Below are positions 43,632-53,509 of a stretch of DNA of 64,000 bases, piece by piece. Under the pieces are notes generated by a model. The model did not search any database and was not told where the DNA came from. It saw only the letters and a list, made by a program, of their open reading frames with translations. Origin of the DNA: Eubacteriales bacterium (GTDB taxonomy: Bacteria > Bacillota > Clostridia > Oscillospirales > CAG-382); the NCBI GenBank assembly GCA_045544855.1, contig JAZPZV010000020.1, positions 21,484-85,483 on the forward strand, read 5' to 3'. The translations under genes and the position numbers were made by a program. Position 1 is the stretch's first letter. Each line of letters begins with the position of its first letter.

Positions 43632-43726
43632 TGGCAACACTCCCCTTTCTATTGAGGAAAAAGTTGCGGAGCACCCCCAAAAGATGCCCCGCACGGTAAA
43701 ACAAGATTACGTTCCCGGGGCAGAGA

Positions 43727-44416
43727 TCATTCTTCTGCCACTTCGAACTTATACCCTACGCCCCAAATGGTCTTCAGCGTCCATTTTTCGGAAGCGCCCT
43801 CCAGCTTCTCGCGGAGACGCTTGATGTGCACGTCAACGGTACGGCTGTCGCCCAGGTAATCGAAGCCCCAGACCTTATCCAACAGCTGGTCTCTGGTGAA
43901 CACTCGATTGTAGTTGAAGGCCAGGAAGTAGATCAGCTCCAGCTCCTTGGGGGGCAGGTCGATGGCCTTGCCCTTGATCTTCAACTCGTACTTCTGGAGA
44001 GAGATCTCCAGGTTGTCGAACTTGATCACCTCGCCGTCGGCATTGTCGTGCTTGGCGTAGCGACGCAGGACCGCCTTGATACGGGCGCATACCTCCTTCA
44101 TATCAAAGGGCTTGACGATGAAATCGTCTGCACCCAGCTCCAGCCCAAGGACCTTATCGATGGTCTCGCCCTTTGCGGTAACCATGATGATGGGCTTGGA
44201 GGATTGCTTGCGGATCTCCTGACAGACCTGCCAGCCGTCCATACGGGGCATCATGATATCCAAAAGCACCAGATCGGGCTCGTAGGTACGGAACAGGCTC
44301 ACGCCCTCCATACCGTCCTGCGCGGTGCGGACCTCGTAGCCCTCCTTTTGAAGATACATACAAAGAAGATCGCAGATGTTGCTGTCGTCGTCGATACAAA
44401 GAATACGGGTCGCCAT
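43727..44416 (-). CDS. OmpR-family response regulator
   Basis: MATRILCIDDD..DLVLLDIMMPRMDG receiver domain. Winged helix RTVDVHIKRLREKL. No histidine kinase adjacent. Confidence 0.9.
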   Translation of the reverse strand: MATRILCIDDDSNICDLLCMYLQKEGYEVRTAQDGMEGVSLFRTYEPDLVLLDIMMPRMDGWQVCQEIRKQSSKPIIMVTAKGETIDKVLGLELGADDFIVKPFDMKEVCARIKAVLRRYAKHDNADGEVIKFDNLEISLQKYELKIKGKAIDLPPKELELIYFLAFNYNRVFTRDQLLDKVWGFDYLGDSRTVDVHIKRLREKLEGASEKWTLKTIWGVGYKFEVAEE

Positions 44417-44641
44417 AGAGGAACCTCCTGTAAAATTCATAGTTTTGTTATTTTTGGAACTCTTTCCGATAACAATATACCATACATTTTTCCCATTGTC
44501 AATAGGTTTTTGTCAAATTTGGTAAATTTTATTCAAAAACTTTTATGAAACAAAATTGTATATTGCAATTGTCCGGGAAATGGTGTATAGTATAGGATAG
44601 AGATTTTTAGCACGCAGAAGAAAAAGAGGTATCTTTTTGTT

Positions 44642-45736
44642 ATGAAACTTGGTATTGTCGGTCTTCCCAACGTGGGAAAAAGCACCCTGTTCAACGCCCT
44701 GACCAAGGCGGGTGCGGAAAGCGCAAACTATCCCTTTTGTACCATCGACCCCAACGTGGGCATCGTTGCCGTTCCCGACGAGCGGCTGGATAAGCTGGCG
44801 GAGATGTATCACCCCAAGAAGGTGACCCCCGCCGTCATTGAGTTCGTAGACATCGCAGGGCTTGTGAAGGGCGCTTCTCAGGGAGAAGGGCTGGGGAACA
44901 AGTTCCTTTCCCATATCCGCGAGGTGGATGCCATCGTCCACGTGGTTCGTTGCTTCGGCGGTAGCGAGGTCATTCACGTGGAGGACAGCGTTGACCCTGC
45001 CAGAGACGTGGACATCATCAACACCGAGCTGATCCTTTCCGACATGGAGCTGCTTGAACGCCGAATCGACCGTGTGAAGAAGGCAGGCAAGGGGGACAAG
45101 TCCGCCCTGGCCATTCTTCCCGCATTGGAGCGCATCGGGGATGCGTTGCAGAACGGCAAACCTGCCAGAAGCGTGGAGCTTTCCGAGGAAGAAAAGGCAG
45201 AGCTGTTCGATCTGCCCCTGCTTTCCTGGAAGCCCGTGATCTACTGTGCCAACGTGGCCGAGAATGACCTTGCCAAAGATCCCACTGAAAATCCCTACTA
45301 CAACGCCCTTTGCAAGGCAGTCGAGGGAGAACGTGCGGAGATCATCACCGTTTGCGCCGGTATTGAGGCAGAGTTGGCAGAGCTGGACGAGGAGGAACAG
45401 CAGGCGTTCTTGGAGGATCTGGGGGTTACCGAAGCCGGGCTTGCCAAGCTGATCCGCGCTTCCTACCATCTGCTGGGGTACATCAGCTATCTCACCGCGG
45501 GAGAGCCCGAGGTTCGCGCCTGGACCATCGTGAGAGGCACCAAGGCGCCCCAGGCGGCAGGTAAGATCCACTCCGACTTTGAGCGGGGCTTCATCCGCGC
45601 AGAGGTGGTGGCCTTCGACGCCTTGATGGAAAAGGGCTCTTACGTTGCCTGCAAGGAGGCGGGGCTGGTCCGCTCCGAGGGCAAGGAGTACGTGATGCAG
45701 GACGGAGACATCGTTCTCTTTAGATTTAACGTTTAA
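44642..45736 (+). CDS. ychF: Ribosome-binding ATPase YchF
   Basis: [19 protein letters not shown]-loop and a TGS-like C-terminus. Confidence 0.95.
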   Translation: MKLGIVGLPNVGKSTLFNALTKAGAESANYPFCTIDPNVGIVAVPDERLDKLAEMYHPKKVTPAVIEFVDIAGLVKGASQGEGLGNKFLSHIREVDAIVHVVRCFGGSEVIHVEDSVDPARDVDIINTELILSDMELLERRIDRVKKAGKGDKSALAILPALERIGDALQNGKPARSVELSEEEKAELFDLPLLSWKPVIYCANVAENDLAKDPTENPYYNALCKAVEGERAEIITVCAGIEAELAELDEEEQQAFLEDLGVTEAGLAKLIRASYHLLGYISYLTAGEPEVRAWTIVRGTKAPQAAGKIHSDFERGFIRAEVVAFDALMEKGSYVACKEAGLVRSEGKEYVMQDGDIVLFRFNV

Positions 45737-45834
45737 TGTTTATACGGGAACCTGTTTTGAAGTTTTTCAAAAAGAGTTTCGGTGAGCGACGCAATTTATT
45801 GTAACTTCATAAAATGAGTTTTGATGAGAGAGCC

Positions 45835-45868
45835 CGAGAGAGAACCTTTTTCCAAAAGGTTCTCTCTC
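45835..45868. repeat. Palindromic AACCTTTT/AAAAGGTT-type hairpin
   Basis: GAGAGAACCTTTT-tcc-AAAAGGTTCTCTC. Preceded at 45785-45800 by GAGCGACGCAATTTAT, which also closes each 185-bp unit at 7361, 7546 and 7730. Confidence 0.8.
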
Positions 45869-45900
45869 GGAACAACCAAAATAAAAAGGAGACAGACACT

Positions 45901-48447
45901 ATGCATTTCAAAAGACTTCTCCCTGCGCTGCTGGCGGTGATCCTGCTGGTGGCTTCCCTGCCCTTTGCGGTGTCCGCAGAGGTGGTGACGGTGAAGATCA
46001 ACGGCTTCAACTGCTTCCGCAACAGCGGCAACCTGATCATCTACACCGATTCCTACGGTTCCGAGACCAACACCAACGAATGGGGCGTAGAGGCGGTGGT
46101 AGGCCCTGACAACAAGGTGATTTCCGTTGGCGGAAACGATAACGCCATCCCCGCAGGCGGGTTTGTGATCTCCGGTCACGAATCCGACGTAGACGGCAAG
46201 ATGCGCACCTGGATCCAGAAAAACGTAAACGTAGGCGACTACGCTTACTACAATGAACGCACCATGCTGTTGACGGTTTCCACCGAGCCCATCGATATGA
46301 ACGAAGAGGTGTTCTACGATGCGGAAAGAACGTTCAACGGTGTCAACGTCACCCGCGGCGAGAACTATCTGGTGGTTTACACCCCCTCCAAAGGCAAGAC
46401 CACCGGTACCAACGAGTTCGGATACGAGGTAATCGTTGAGGACGGCTTGGTAGTCTCTTTGGGCGGCAACGATACCGCCATTCCCAAGAACGGTTTCGTG
46501 GTCTCTGCCCACGGCTCTTCCATCGACTGGCTGAAGACCTACGTACAGCTGGGCATGACCGCTTCCTACGATGCTTCCGCAAAGACCGTCAAGTTCAGCT
46601 ACAACGCCGAGAGCCTGGAGCGTGGCATGGCGGCGATCCTGGAGGCTCTGTCCCCCGCCTTGGAGGACGCCAAGGAAAACTTCATGTATTTGCAGTACGA
46701 CGTGCTGGAACAGCAGATCGCCGAGGCGAAGAAGCTGTTCGAGGACGCCCTGGCGGCACACAAGAACGATGGCTCCGACAGAGAGTTTGCCACGGTCTGC
46801 GACGTGGTCACCGACAAGGTAGCCATCATCCGCAGCTCTATCTCCGAAAGCTACACCGTGCAGTACCGTGCGGCTTGGGTGCGCCCTTCTCAGAAGAGCG
46901 CAAAAGAGGTTGACGCCTACGTGAAGGAGCTTCACGACGCAGGGATCAACACCATCTGCGTGGAGGGCAACTTCAACAACGGCGTGATCATGAACACCCC
47001 CAAGGATTGCTATTTCCAGCGGATCAAGACCTTCAACTACGACGTGCTCCAGGCATACGTGGACGCTTGCCACAAGTACGGCATGGAATGCCACCTTTGG
47101 ATGGCCATCATGGAGGTGGGTCACAGCAAGGGGCAGTATTACTCCGACAACATCGCCTACAAGAAGCCGGAGTGGCTCTCTCTGAGCAACAAGGGTACTC
47201 CTCACAACCCCGACGACTTCATGATGATCGACCCTGCCAACGACGAGGCACGGGAATATCTTGTAAACTTCTACGAATACATCATCCGCAACTACGATAT
47301 CGACTGCTTTGAATTGGACTACATCCGTTACTATTCCAGAGCGGATCTGGACTTCGGCTACACCGAGGCGGCCTTTAAGAAATTTGAGGAGCAGTACCAC
47401 TACGGCGTGACCCCCACCTACGACACCAATGCTTCTTACTGGGAGGATTGGAAGAAGTTCCGTATGTCCCAGGTCACCGAGATGGTGAAGGCTGTCCGCG
47501 AGATGATCGACCGTGTTCGTCCCGAGGTGCTTCTCTCCGCAGATGTGGTCGCCACCGTGAACGGCGCTACGGAATACAACTATCAGGACTTCGTGACCTG
47601 GCTCCAGAACGATTGGCTGGACATTCTTCATCCCATGGCCTACGGCGACGGCTACGGCGACGATATCCGTCAGCAGGTGAAGCTGGCCGGGGATCAGTGC
47701 ATGATCGTTACCGGCTTGGGTGTGTTCATGGCAGAGCTGGGCGCTACCGAGATGGTACGCCAGGCGGCGGAGGACAATATGAACGGCGCTTACGGCGATT
47801 GCTTCTTTGAAGGCTCTGCTTATCTGAAGGATATGGCAGGCCCTGCCCTGCAGGAAACCGTTTATCGCAACGACGCCATCGCGCCCTTCTCAGATCCCGA
47901 CGCCTCCATCAAGGCTTGCCTGGACTACATGAAGGGCAGGATCAACGACGTATTGGTTCCCTTCGGTGGTCTCACCGCCGAGGAAGCCGAGAGCTTTGGG
48001 GAAATGATCGATGGGTTGAAGGAATCCGTTACCGATGGGAAAATGGACGGCGATATGCTGATGGACTTCACCCTGGCCATTAAGAAGCTGACCAACAAAA
48101 AGGTGAAGGATACCATGCTGGCAGACCTTTACAGAGCGGAGCAGATCACCTGCGTGCTCTACAAGGTGGATCAGAACAAGCTTTACGGGGAGCTGAAGCT
48201 TCCCGAGGGAGAGCCCTTTGATCCCAACCCCGCACCCGGACCCGGGGAAACAAGCAAGGACGAGAGCGAGGACGAGGAAAGCAGCCAGCCCTCCGAGGAA
48301 TCCTCCCAAGCGGAATCCACCACCGAAAACACTGCTTCCGCACCCGAGGAAGCAGGCAGCTCTTCCACCACGATCATCATCGTGATCTGCGTGGCAGTGG
48401 CTTTGGCAGGTGCCGTGGTGATCATCCTGGTCCTGCGCAAGAAATGA
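45901..48447 (+). CDS. Secreted glycosyl-hydrolase-like family 10 (GHL10/YngK-type) protein with C-terminal TM anchor
   Basis: Signal MHFKRLLPALLAVILLVASLPFAVSA. RAAWVRPSQKSAKEVDAYVKELHDAGINTICVEG is typical of GHL10. Acidic linker plus TM plus RKK tail. Confidence 0.7.
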   Translation: MHFKRLLPALLAVILLVASLPFAVSAEVVTVKINGFNCFRNSGNLIIYTDSYGSETNTNEWGVEAVVGPDNKVISVGGNDNAIPAGGFVISGHESDVDGKMRTWIQKNVNVGDYAYYNERTMLLTVSTEPIDMNEEVFYDAERTFNGVNVTRGENYLVVYTPSKGKTTGTNEFGYEVIVEDGLVVSLGGNDTAIPKNGFVVSAHGSSIDWLKTYVQLGMTASYDASAKTVKFSYNAESLERGMAAILEALSPALEDAKENFMYLQYDVLEQQIAEAKKLFEDALAAHKNDGSDREFATVCDVVTDKVAIIRSSISESYTVQYRAAWVRPSQKSAKEVDAYVKELHDAGINTICVEGNFNNGVIMNTPKDCYFQRIKTFNYDVLQAYVDACHKYGMECHLWMAIMEVGHSKGQYYSDNIAYKKPEWLSLSNKGTPHNPDDFMMIDPANDEAREYLVNFYEYIIRNYDIDCFELDYIRYYSRADLDFGYTEAAFKKFEEQYHYGVTPTYDTNASYWEDWKKFRMSQVTEMVKAVREMIDRVRPEVLLSADVVATVNGATEYNYQDFVTWLQNDWLDILHPMAYGDGYGDDIRQQVKLAGDQCMIVTGLGVFMAELGATEMVRQAAEDNMNGAYGDCFFEGSAYLKDMAGPALQETVYRNDAIAPFSDPDASIKACLDYMKGRINDVLVPFGGLTAEEAESFGEMIDGLKESVTDGKMDGDMLMDFTLAIKKLTNKKVKDTMLADLYRAEQITCVLYKVDQNKLYGELKLPEGEPFDPNPAPGPGETSKDESEDEESSQPSEESSQAESTTENTASAPEEAGSSSTTIIIVICVAVALAGAVVIILVLRKK

Positions 48448-49205
48448 TGGGTAAGCTTTTTGGGGAACCGTCCGTAGCGGCGGTTCCCTATTCTCTCCCC
48501 GCACAGGGCTTGGTCTCCCCTGTCAAGCTGGCGTTTCTTTCCGATCTTCATGGAGAAGAATATGGCAGAAGCCTGGAATTGGTGCGGGAATTTGCCCCGG
48601 ATCTGGTGATCTTCGGGGGCGACACCTTTGACGAGCGGGTCTCCCTGAAGGGCGGGCTTGCGGCATTGCAGGCCTTTCAAAAGGAGTTCCGAACCTTCTA
48701 CGTGCCCGGCAACCATGAGATCAAGACAGGGCGTTACGATCTGGTGAAGCGGGCGGCAAGAGCCACGGGGGCGCGCCTGTTGGCGGGAGAAAACGCTTTG
48801 GTGGTGATCGGAGAGAATCAACTTTTGATCTGCGGGGTGGAAGATCCTCTGCACCGGGAAGAGGTCTACAAGCAGCAGCTTTTGGACGCCTGCCAAGCGG
48901 TACGTCCCGGCAGATGTGCCTTGCTGGTGACCCACCGTCCCGAACGGGCCAAGGATTATGCTGGGTTGCCCTTTGATCTGGTGTTGACCGGTCACGCTCA
49001 CGGTGGGCAATGGCGGTTTCCCTTCCTGGAAGACGGCTTTTTAGCTCCCGACGTAGGGTTCTTCCCCAAGTACACAGGCGGGCTCTACGATCTGAAGGGC
49101 ACCAAGCTATTGGTCAGCCGCGGGCTGGCAACGAAAAACACCCGCGTTCCCCGCATCGGCAACCCGCCGGAGCTGTGTTTGGTTACGTTGGTACCAAAGG
49201 GATAA
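48444..49205 (+). CDS. Metallophosphoesterase
   Basis: SDLHG, GGDTFDE, GNHE and GHAHGGQ motifs. ATG overlaps the upstream stop. Confidence 0.8.
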   Translation: MMGKLFGEPSVAAVPYSLPAQGLVSPVKLAFLSDLHGEEYGRSLELVREFAPDLVIFGGDTFDERVSLKGGLAALQAFQKEFRTFYVPGNHEIKTGRYDLVKRAARATGARLLAGENALVVIGENQLLICGVEDPLHREEVYKQQLLDACQAVRPGRCALLVTHRPERAKDYAGLPFDLVLTGHAHGGQWRFPFLEDGFLAPDVGFFPKYTGGLYDLKGTKLLVSRGLATKNTRVPRIGNPPELCLVTLVPKG

Positions 49206-49217
49206 AGAAGGAACGGA

Positions 49218-49400
49218 CGAGAGAAACCTTTTTTGTAAAAAAGGTTTCTCTCGTGCTCTTTTCCAAAAAACTTTTCATGCAAAAGAACCTTCCGCAAAAG
49301 CAGAAGGTTCTTTGTGTTTTTTCTCCCCAAAACGACAGTTTTGGGCAATGGGTTTTCTTTTTTGTTAAACTTTTTTCTTTTTCCGAAAAGAAAAAAGTTT
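49218..49400. repeat. Four consecutive palindromic hairpins in a convergent intergenic region
   Basis: Hairpins at 49218-49253, 49282-49312, 49326-49345 and 49367-49400, with near-perfect arms of 8-16 nt. Confidence 0.85.
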
Positions 49401-49411
49401 AGTTGCTCCCC

Positions 49412-50713
49412 TTACAGCACCAACCACAGCCCCAGCAGAGCGGCGGCCATGGAGCAGAGGGACACGGGTGCGCAGTAGCGGATGAACTTGCCGAAGGACA
49501 TCTTCACCCCGTAGCGGGAAAGGAGGCTCATCCACAGGATCCCCGCAAGAGCGCCGATAGGGGTGAGGTAAGCACCCAAGTTAGATCCCGCCACCGCGGC
49601 GAACAACGCCCCTGCCGCCTCTGAAGAGGGCACGGCCGCCACCACGGCGGAATAGAACACGCTCATGGGAATGTTGTTCACCAGATTGGCGGCAAGGAAG
49701 GAGGAAGCACCGAAGGTGAGGATGCCGTTCCCTTGGGTCAACAGAGAGGCCAGGGCTTCCGTCGCCCCCGCCTTGCGGAGCGCCAGCACCACCACGAACA
49801 TGGAAAGCACGAAGGGAATGATCTCCCAGGGCGCACGGCGGAAGGAATCGGTGATCATTTTCAAGCCCTTCCCTCGGGCAAGGAGGTACACCGCCATGGA
49901 AACGTACAGACTGACAAAGCACACCAAAGTGATCAGCCACATGGGCATGGCAAGGAAGTTGGAAAACACCAGCAGGAGGATACATACCGCCAAGTGCAAA
50001 ATGGCGGTGATCACCGCAGGCAGATCCTCCAAGCGGGGATGATCGTCGTTTGCTTCCATGGGCTTTTGCAGACTTTTTCGGAACATCAGCCACAGGACGA
50101 TAAAAGAAACCGTTCCCGCAAGCAACGTGGGCAGCCACATCACCTGCAGGTAGGAAAGGAAATCCACTTCCCCGGAGGTACACAGGCAGATGTTGGTGGG
50201 ATTACCGATGAGCAATCCCATGCTCCAGGTATTTGCCGCCACAAACTCAGATACCAGAAATGGCAGAGGGTCGATCTTGGCGCCTTTTGAGAAGAAGCAC
50301 AGGAAGGGAGTGAAGGTGAGGATCACCACGTCGTTGGAGGTGAACACGGTGAGCACGGAGACCATGAGATACAGGCTGACGAACAGCTTTTTCTGACTGC
50401 TCCCCGCGTGGTGCAGAACCTTGGAGGCCAGCCAACGGAAGAAGCCCGCCTGATCCAGAAATACGGAAAGCAAGGTCATGGAAAGGAACAGCACCAAAAG
50501 CTGCAGGGGATTGATCCCGCCGCTTTGGGTGAGGCCTTCCAGGATCTCTTCCCCGCTGATCCTGCCCAGGAGCCACAAGAGCACCCCGCCGATAAGGGGG
50601 GCGAACCAATAAGTACTGATAAAATGCCGACGGACAGATACCGACGGGAAGAAGAACACCAGCCCCAGCATGGTGATGCAGGCCGCGGCGGCGATGAGAA
50701 CGGTAAGGAGCAT
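49412..50713 (-). CDS. ArsB/NhaD-superfamily permease
   Basis: 433 aa, 10-12 helices, GINPLQLLVLFLSMTLLSVFLDQAGFF motif region. Confidence 0.75.
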   Translation of the reverse strand: MLLTVLIAAAACITMLGLVFFFPSVSVRRHFISTYWFAPLIGGVLLWLLGRISGEEILEGLTQSGGINPLQLLVLFLSMTLLSVFLDQAGFFRWLASKVLHHAGSSQKKLFVSLYLMVSVLTVFTSNDVVILTFTPFLCFFSKGAKIDPLPFLVSEFVAANTWSMGLLIGNPTNICLCTSGEVDFLSYLQVMWLPTLLAGTVSFIVLWLMFRKSLQKPMEANDDHPRLEDLPAVITAILHLAVCILLLVFSNFLAMPMWLITLVCFVSLYVSMAVYLLARGKGLKMITDSFRRAPWEIIPFVLSMFVVVLALRKAGATEALASLLTQGNGILTFGASSFLAANLVNNIPMSVFYSAVVAAVPSSEAAGALFAAVAGSNLGAYLTPIGALAGILWMSLLSRYGVKMSFGKFIRYCAPVSLCSMAAALLGLWLVL

Positions 50714-50860
50714 ATTGCGACCTCCAAAAGGATTCTCTCATTTATACGCCTTTTTTCACCGTTCGTCAAGGGGTTTTTCCGATTTTCTGTTGACAAATCG
50801 CCTGTTTCTGTGGTATACTGCTTTGGTATAAACAGTAACACACAAGGAATGGTAATTGTT

Positions 50861-52087
50861 ATGACAGTCTATGAAGATCTTCAGTGGCGCGGCTTGATCG
50901 AGAGCATCTCCGATCCCGCCCTGATCGACAAATTGAACGAGGGTGGTCTCACCTTCTATATCGGTACCGACCCCACGGCGGACAGCCTGCATTTGGGGCA
51001 TTATTCCTCTTTCCTTATCACCCGCCGTCTGGCAGAGGCAGGCCATCACCCCCTGATCCTGGTGGGCGGTGCCACCGGATTGGTGGGCGACCCCAGAGGA
51101 ACCGTGGAACGCGCCCTTTCTCAGAAGGAAGTGGTATTCCGCAACTTTGAGGCCTTGAAGGCACAGGTACAGAAGCTGTTCCCCTACCCCGTGGTGAACA
51201 ACTACGACTGGATCAAGGATATGAACGTTCTGGACTTCTTCCGTGACATCGGTAAGTTCATCAACGTTGGCTATATGCTGGGCAAGGATCACGTAAAACG
51301 TCAGATGGAGACGGGTATCTCCTACGCCGAGTTCTCCTATATGCTCATCCAGGGCTACGACTTCAAGTATCTCCACGAGCATATGAACGTGGATCTCCAG
51401 GTGGCAGGCTCCGACCAGTGGGGCAACATCACCACCGGTATTGAGCTGATCCGCAAGACCACCGGGGAGACGGTCTACGCCATGACCATGCCTCTGATCA
51501 CCGATTCCCAGGGCAACAAGTTCGGCAAGTCCGAGGGCAACGCCGTTTGGCTGGATAAGAACAAGACCTCCTCTTACGAGCTGTATCAGTTCCTGTTGAA
51601 CGCAGAGGACGTGATGGCCGTTCCCTATCTGAAGCGTCTGACCTTCCTCTCCCGCGAGGAGATCGAGGAGATCGAGCGTCAGCACAACGAACAGCCCCAT
51701 CTCCGCTTGGCGCAGAAGGCCTTGGCAAAGGAGATCATCACCGACCTCCACGGCGATGGTGCATACGAGGAAGCCGTTCGCATCAGCGAGCAGTTGTTCT
51801 CCGGGGACATCAAGTCCATCCCTCCCCAGGATCTGCTGGCGGGACTGAAGAACGTGCCCCATTTTGAGATCCCCGAGGGCACCCGTCTGCTGGACGCTTT
51901 GAAGCTGGGCGGCGCCGCATCCTCCAACCGTGAGGGCAACGATTTCCTGAAGGCAGGGGCGGTGTCTTTGAACGGCGACATCGAAAAGGACGGCAACGTA
52001 CTGTTGACCAAGGAAAACGCCATCGACGGCAAATTCGTGGTCATCCGCAGAGGCAAGAAGAAGTACTACGTAGCGACTTTCTGCTAA
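50861..52087 (+). CDS. tyrS: Tyrosyl-tRNA synthetase
   Basis: HIGH-type motif ADSLHLGH, KMSKS-type KFGKS and a C-terminal S4 domain. Promoter TTGACA (50790) / TATACT (50814) leaves only about a 35-nt leader. Confidence 0.95.
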   Translation: MTVYEDLQWRGLIESISDPALIDKLNEGGLTFYIGTDPTADSLHLGHYSSFLITRRLAEAGHHPLILVGGATGLVGDPRGTVERALSQKEVVFRNFEALKAQVQKLFPYPVVNNYDWIKDMNVLDFFRDIGKFINVGYMLGKDHVKRQMETGISYAEFSYMLIQGYDFKYLHEHMNVDLQVAGSDQWGNITTGIELIRKTTGETVYAMTMPLITDSQGNKFGKSEGNAVWLDKNKTSSYELYQFLLNAEDVMAVPYLKRLTFLSREEIEEIERQHNEQPHLRLAQKALAKEIITDLHGDGAYEEAVRISEQLFSGDIKSIPPQDLLAGLKNVPHFEIPEGTRLLDALKLGGAASSNREGNDFLKAGAVSLNGDIEKDGNVLLTKENAIDGKFVVIRRGKKKYYVATFC

Positions 52088-52093
52088 TGAGTT

Positions 52094-52128
52094 CTCCCCC
52101 GTGTTTGAAAAAAGCACGGGGGATTTTT
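52094..52128 (+). terminator. Rho-independent terminator of tyrS
   Basis: TCCCCCGTG-loop-CACGGGGGA followed by TTTTT. Confidence 0.8.
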
Positions 52129-52213
52129 CTGTAAAAATGAACCTTTCTCCCCTTTTTTCCGTCTTAATAGGTGAAAACGTTTTCAAAGAAAAAAACAACG
52201 GAGGCGTGCCAAA

Positions 52214-53461
52214 ATGGAATTTGAAGATTTGCTGAAACAGCACATGGGCGTTTTGGAACGCTTTGTGAAGTACAAGATCGGCAACCCCGCAGACGGCGAG
52301 GACGTTCTGCAAGAGGTATGCTTATCGGCGTACCGGCATTTTCCCGACTTGAAGGACCCTGCCGCCTTTAAGGGCTGGCTGCTTGCCATTGCGCGTAACA
52401 AATGCAACGATCACTACCGCAAGAAGGGTGAGCCCGCGAAGGTGTCTTTAGACGAGGTAGGCGAAGCCGTTCTCACCGTGGGCGCAAGAGGGTTGATACA
52501 AGCGAATCCGGTGCGGGACACCCTGGAACGGCTTTGTGAAAGGGATCGGCAGATCCTGTATCTTGCGTATTTTGCAGAGCTCTCCCAAAAGGAGATCGCC
52601 GCAAGACTTCATATCCCGGTAGGAACGGTGAAAAGCCGCCTCCATCACGCAAAAGAAGCGTTCAGAGAACGCTTCACGGAGAAAGGAAGAAGATTTATGA
52701 AAGATTTTCCCAAGACGATGCCCGCATACACCATCGAGAAGGGAGAAGGCACCCCCTTCCCCCTGCACCACCGGGAGCTCCCCGGGATGTTTATCATCCC
52801 CCGCATGGGGGAAAAACTCAGCTTTGCCATGTACGACTTCCCCGAGAGGGTACAAAACGGCAAGTACGCCATGGAGACGGTGGGCAAGGTCAGCATTCAC
52901 GGCGTGGAGGGCGTTGCCATCAAAAAGCGCTACGAAAACGGCAAGGAACACGCCTGCGAAACGGTTTACGCCGCCCTGTCGGACACCCATTGCAAGTACC
53001 TGGGCGGGATGTATCACGACGGCGAAGGGGTGACGCATCTGGTGACCTTCTTGGACGAAGAGTTTGAAGAAAGCTACGGCATCGGGGAGAACAACTGCGG
53101 ATTTCCCGTGGAACGGATCCCCCGCGGGCTGGTCACCGAGACGGAAGCGGGAGAGCTCACCATGGGGACGGGAGATCTTTCCGACGTGGTGGGACGCTAT
53201 ACGGTGGTGCTGGACGGCAAGCGCTACGACACGGTGAAGCTTGTTGACTTTCAGGAAGGAAGCGGCGGCGGGATGCTGTGCGAGTACTATCTGGACGCTC
53301 ACGGAAGAACGGTGCTGTGGCGGCGGTTCAACAAGGACGATTGGCAGTTTGACCGCTACGGGAAGCCTTGGACGGAAATGCTTCCCGACAATCAGCAACT
53401 AACTGTGAACGGCGAGACCTACGTTCATTGGTACGATTGCATCACGGACTACGTGCTTTGA
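52214..53461 (+). CDS. ECF-type sigma-70 factor fused to a roughly 250-aa C-terminal domain of unknown function
   Basis: Region 2 (DVLQEVCLSAYRHF..FKGWLLAIARNKCNDHYRKK) and region 4 (LSQKEIAARLHIPVGTVKSRLHHAKE), then 250 aa without a TM segment. Confidence 0.8.
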   Translation: MEFEDLLKQHMGVLERFVKYKIGNPADGEDVLQEVCLSAYRHFPDLKDPAAFKGWLLAIARNKCNDHYRKKGEPAKVSLDEVGEAVLTVGARGLIQANPVRDTLERLCERDRQILYLAYFAELSQKEIAARLHIPVGTVKSRLHHAKEAFRERFTEKGRRFMKDFPKTMPAYTIEKGEGTPFPLHHRELPGMFIIPRMGEKLSFAMYDFPERVQNGKYAMETVGKVSIHGVEGVAIKKRYENGKEHACETVYAALSDTHCKYLGGMYHDGEGVTHLVTFLDEEFEESYGIGENNCGFPVERIPRGLVTETEAGELTMGTGDLSDVVGRYTVVLDGKRYDTVKLVDFQEGSGGGMLCEYYLDAHGRTVLWRRFNKDDWQFDRYGKPWTEMLPDNQQLTVNGETYVHWYDCITDYVL

Positions 53462-53469
53462 GGATATGA

Positions 53470-53506
53470 AACGACCCTCGATGGAGTGCATCGGGGGTCG
53501 TTGTTT
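53470..53506. terminator. Bidirectional terminator between convergent genes
   Basis: AACGACCCTCGATG-gagtg-CATCGGGGGTCGTT. Confidence 0.7.
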
Positions 53507-53509
53507 ACG

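Noticed and set aside
45796-47631. 611-aa ORF antisense to the GHL10-like gene. Similar long antisense ORFs are at 53486-55429, 56546-58009 and 58991-60619.
   Set aside because: In each case the opposite strand has a signal peptide or catalytic motifs and sensible gene boundaries. These are shadow ORFs.
50714-50860. Expected T-box leader upstream of tyrS
   Set aside because: The promoter at 50790-50819 leaves only about 35 nt before the ATG. There is no room for stem I or an antiterminator, so tyrS appears T-box-free here.
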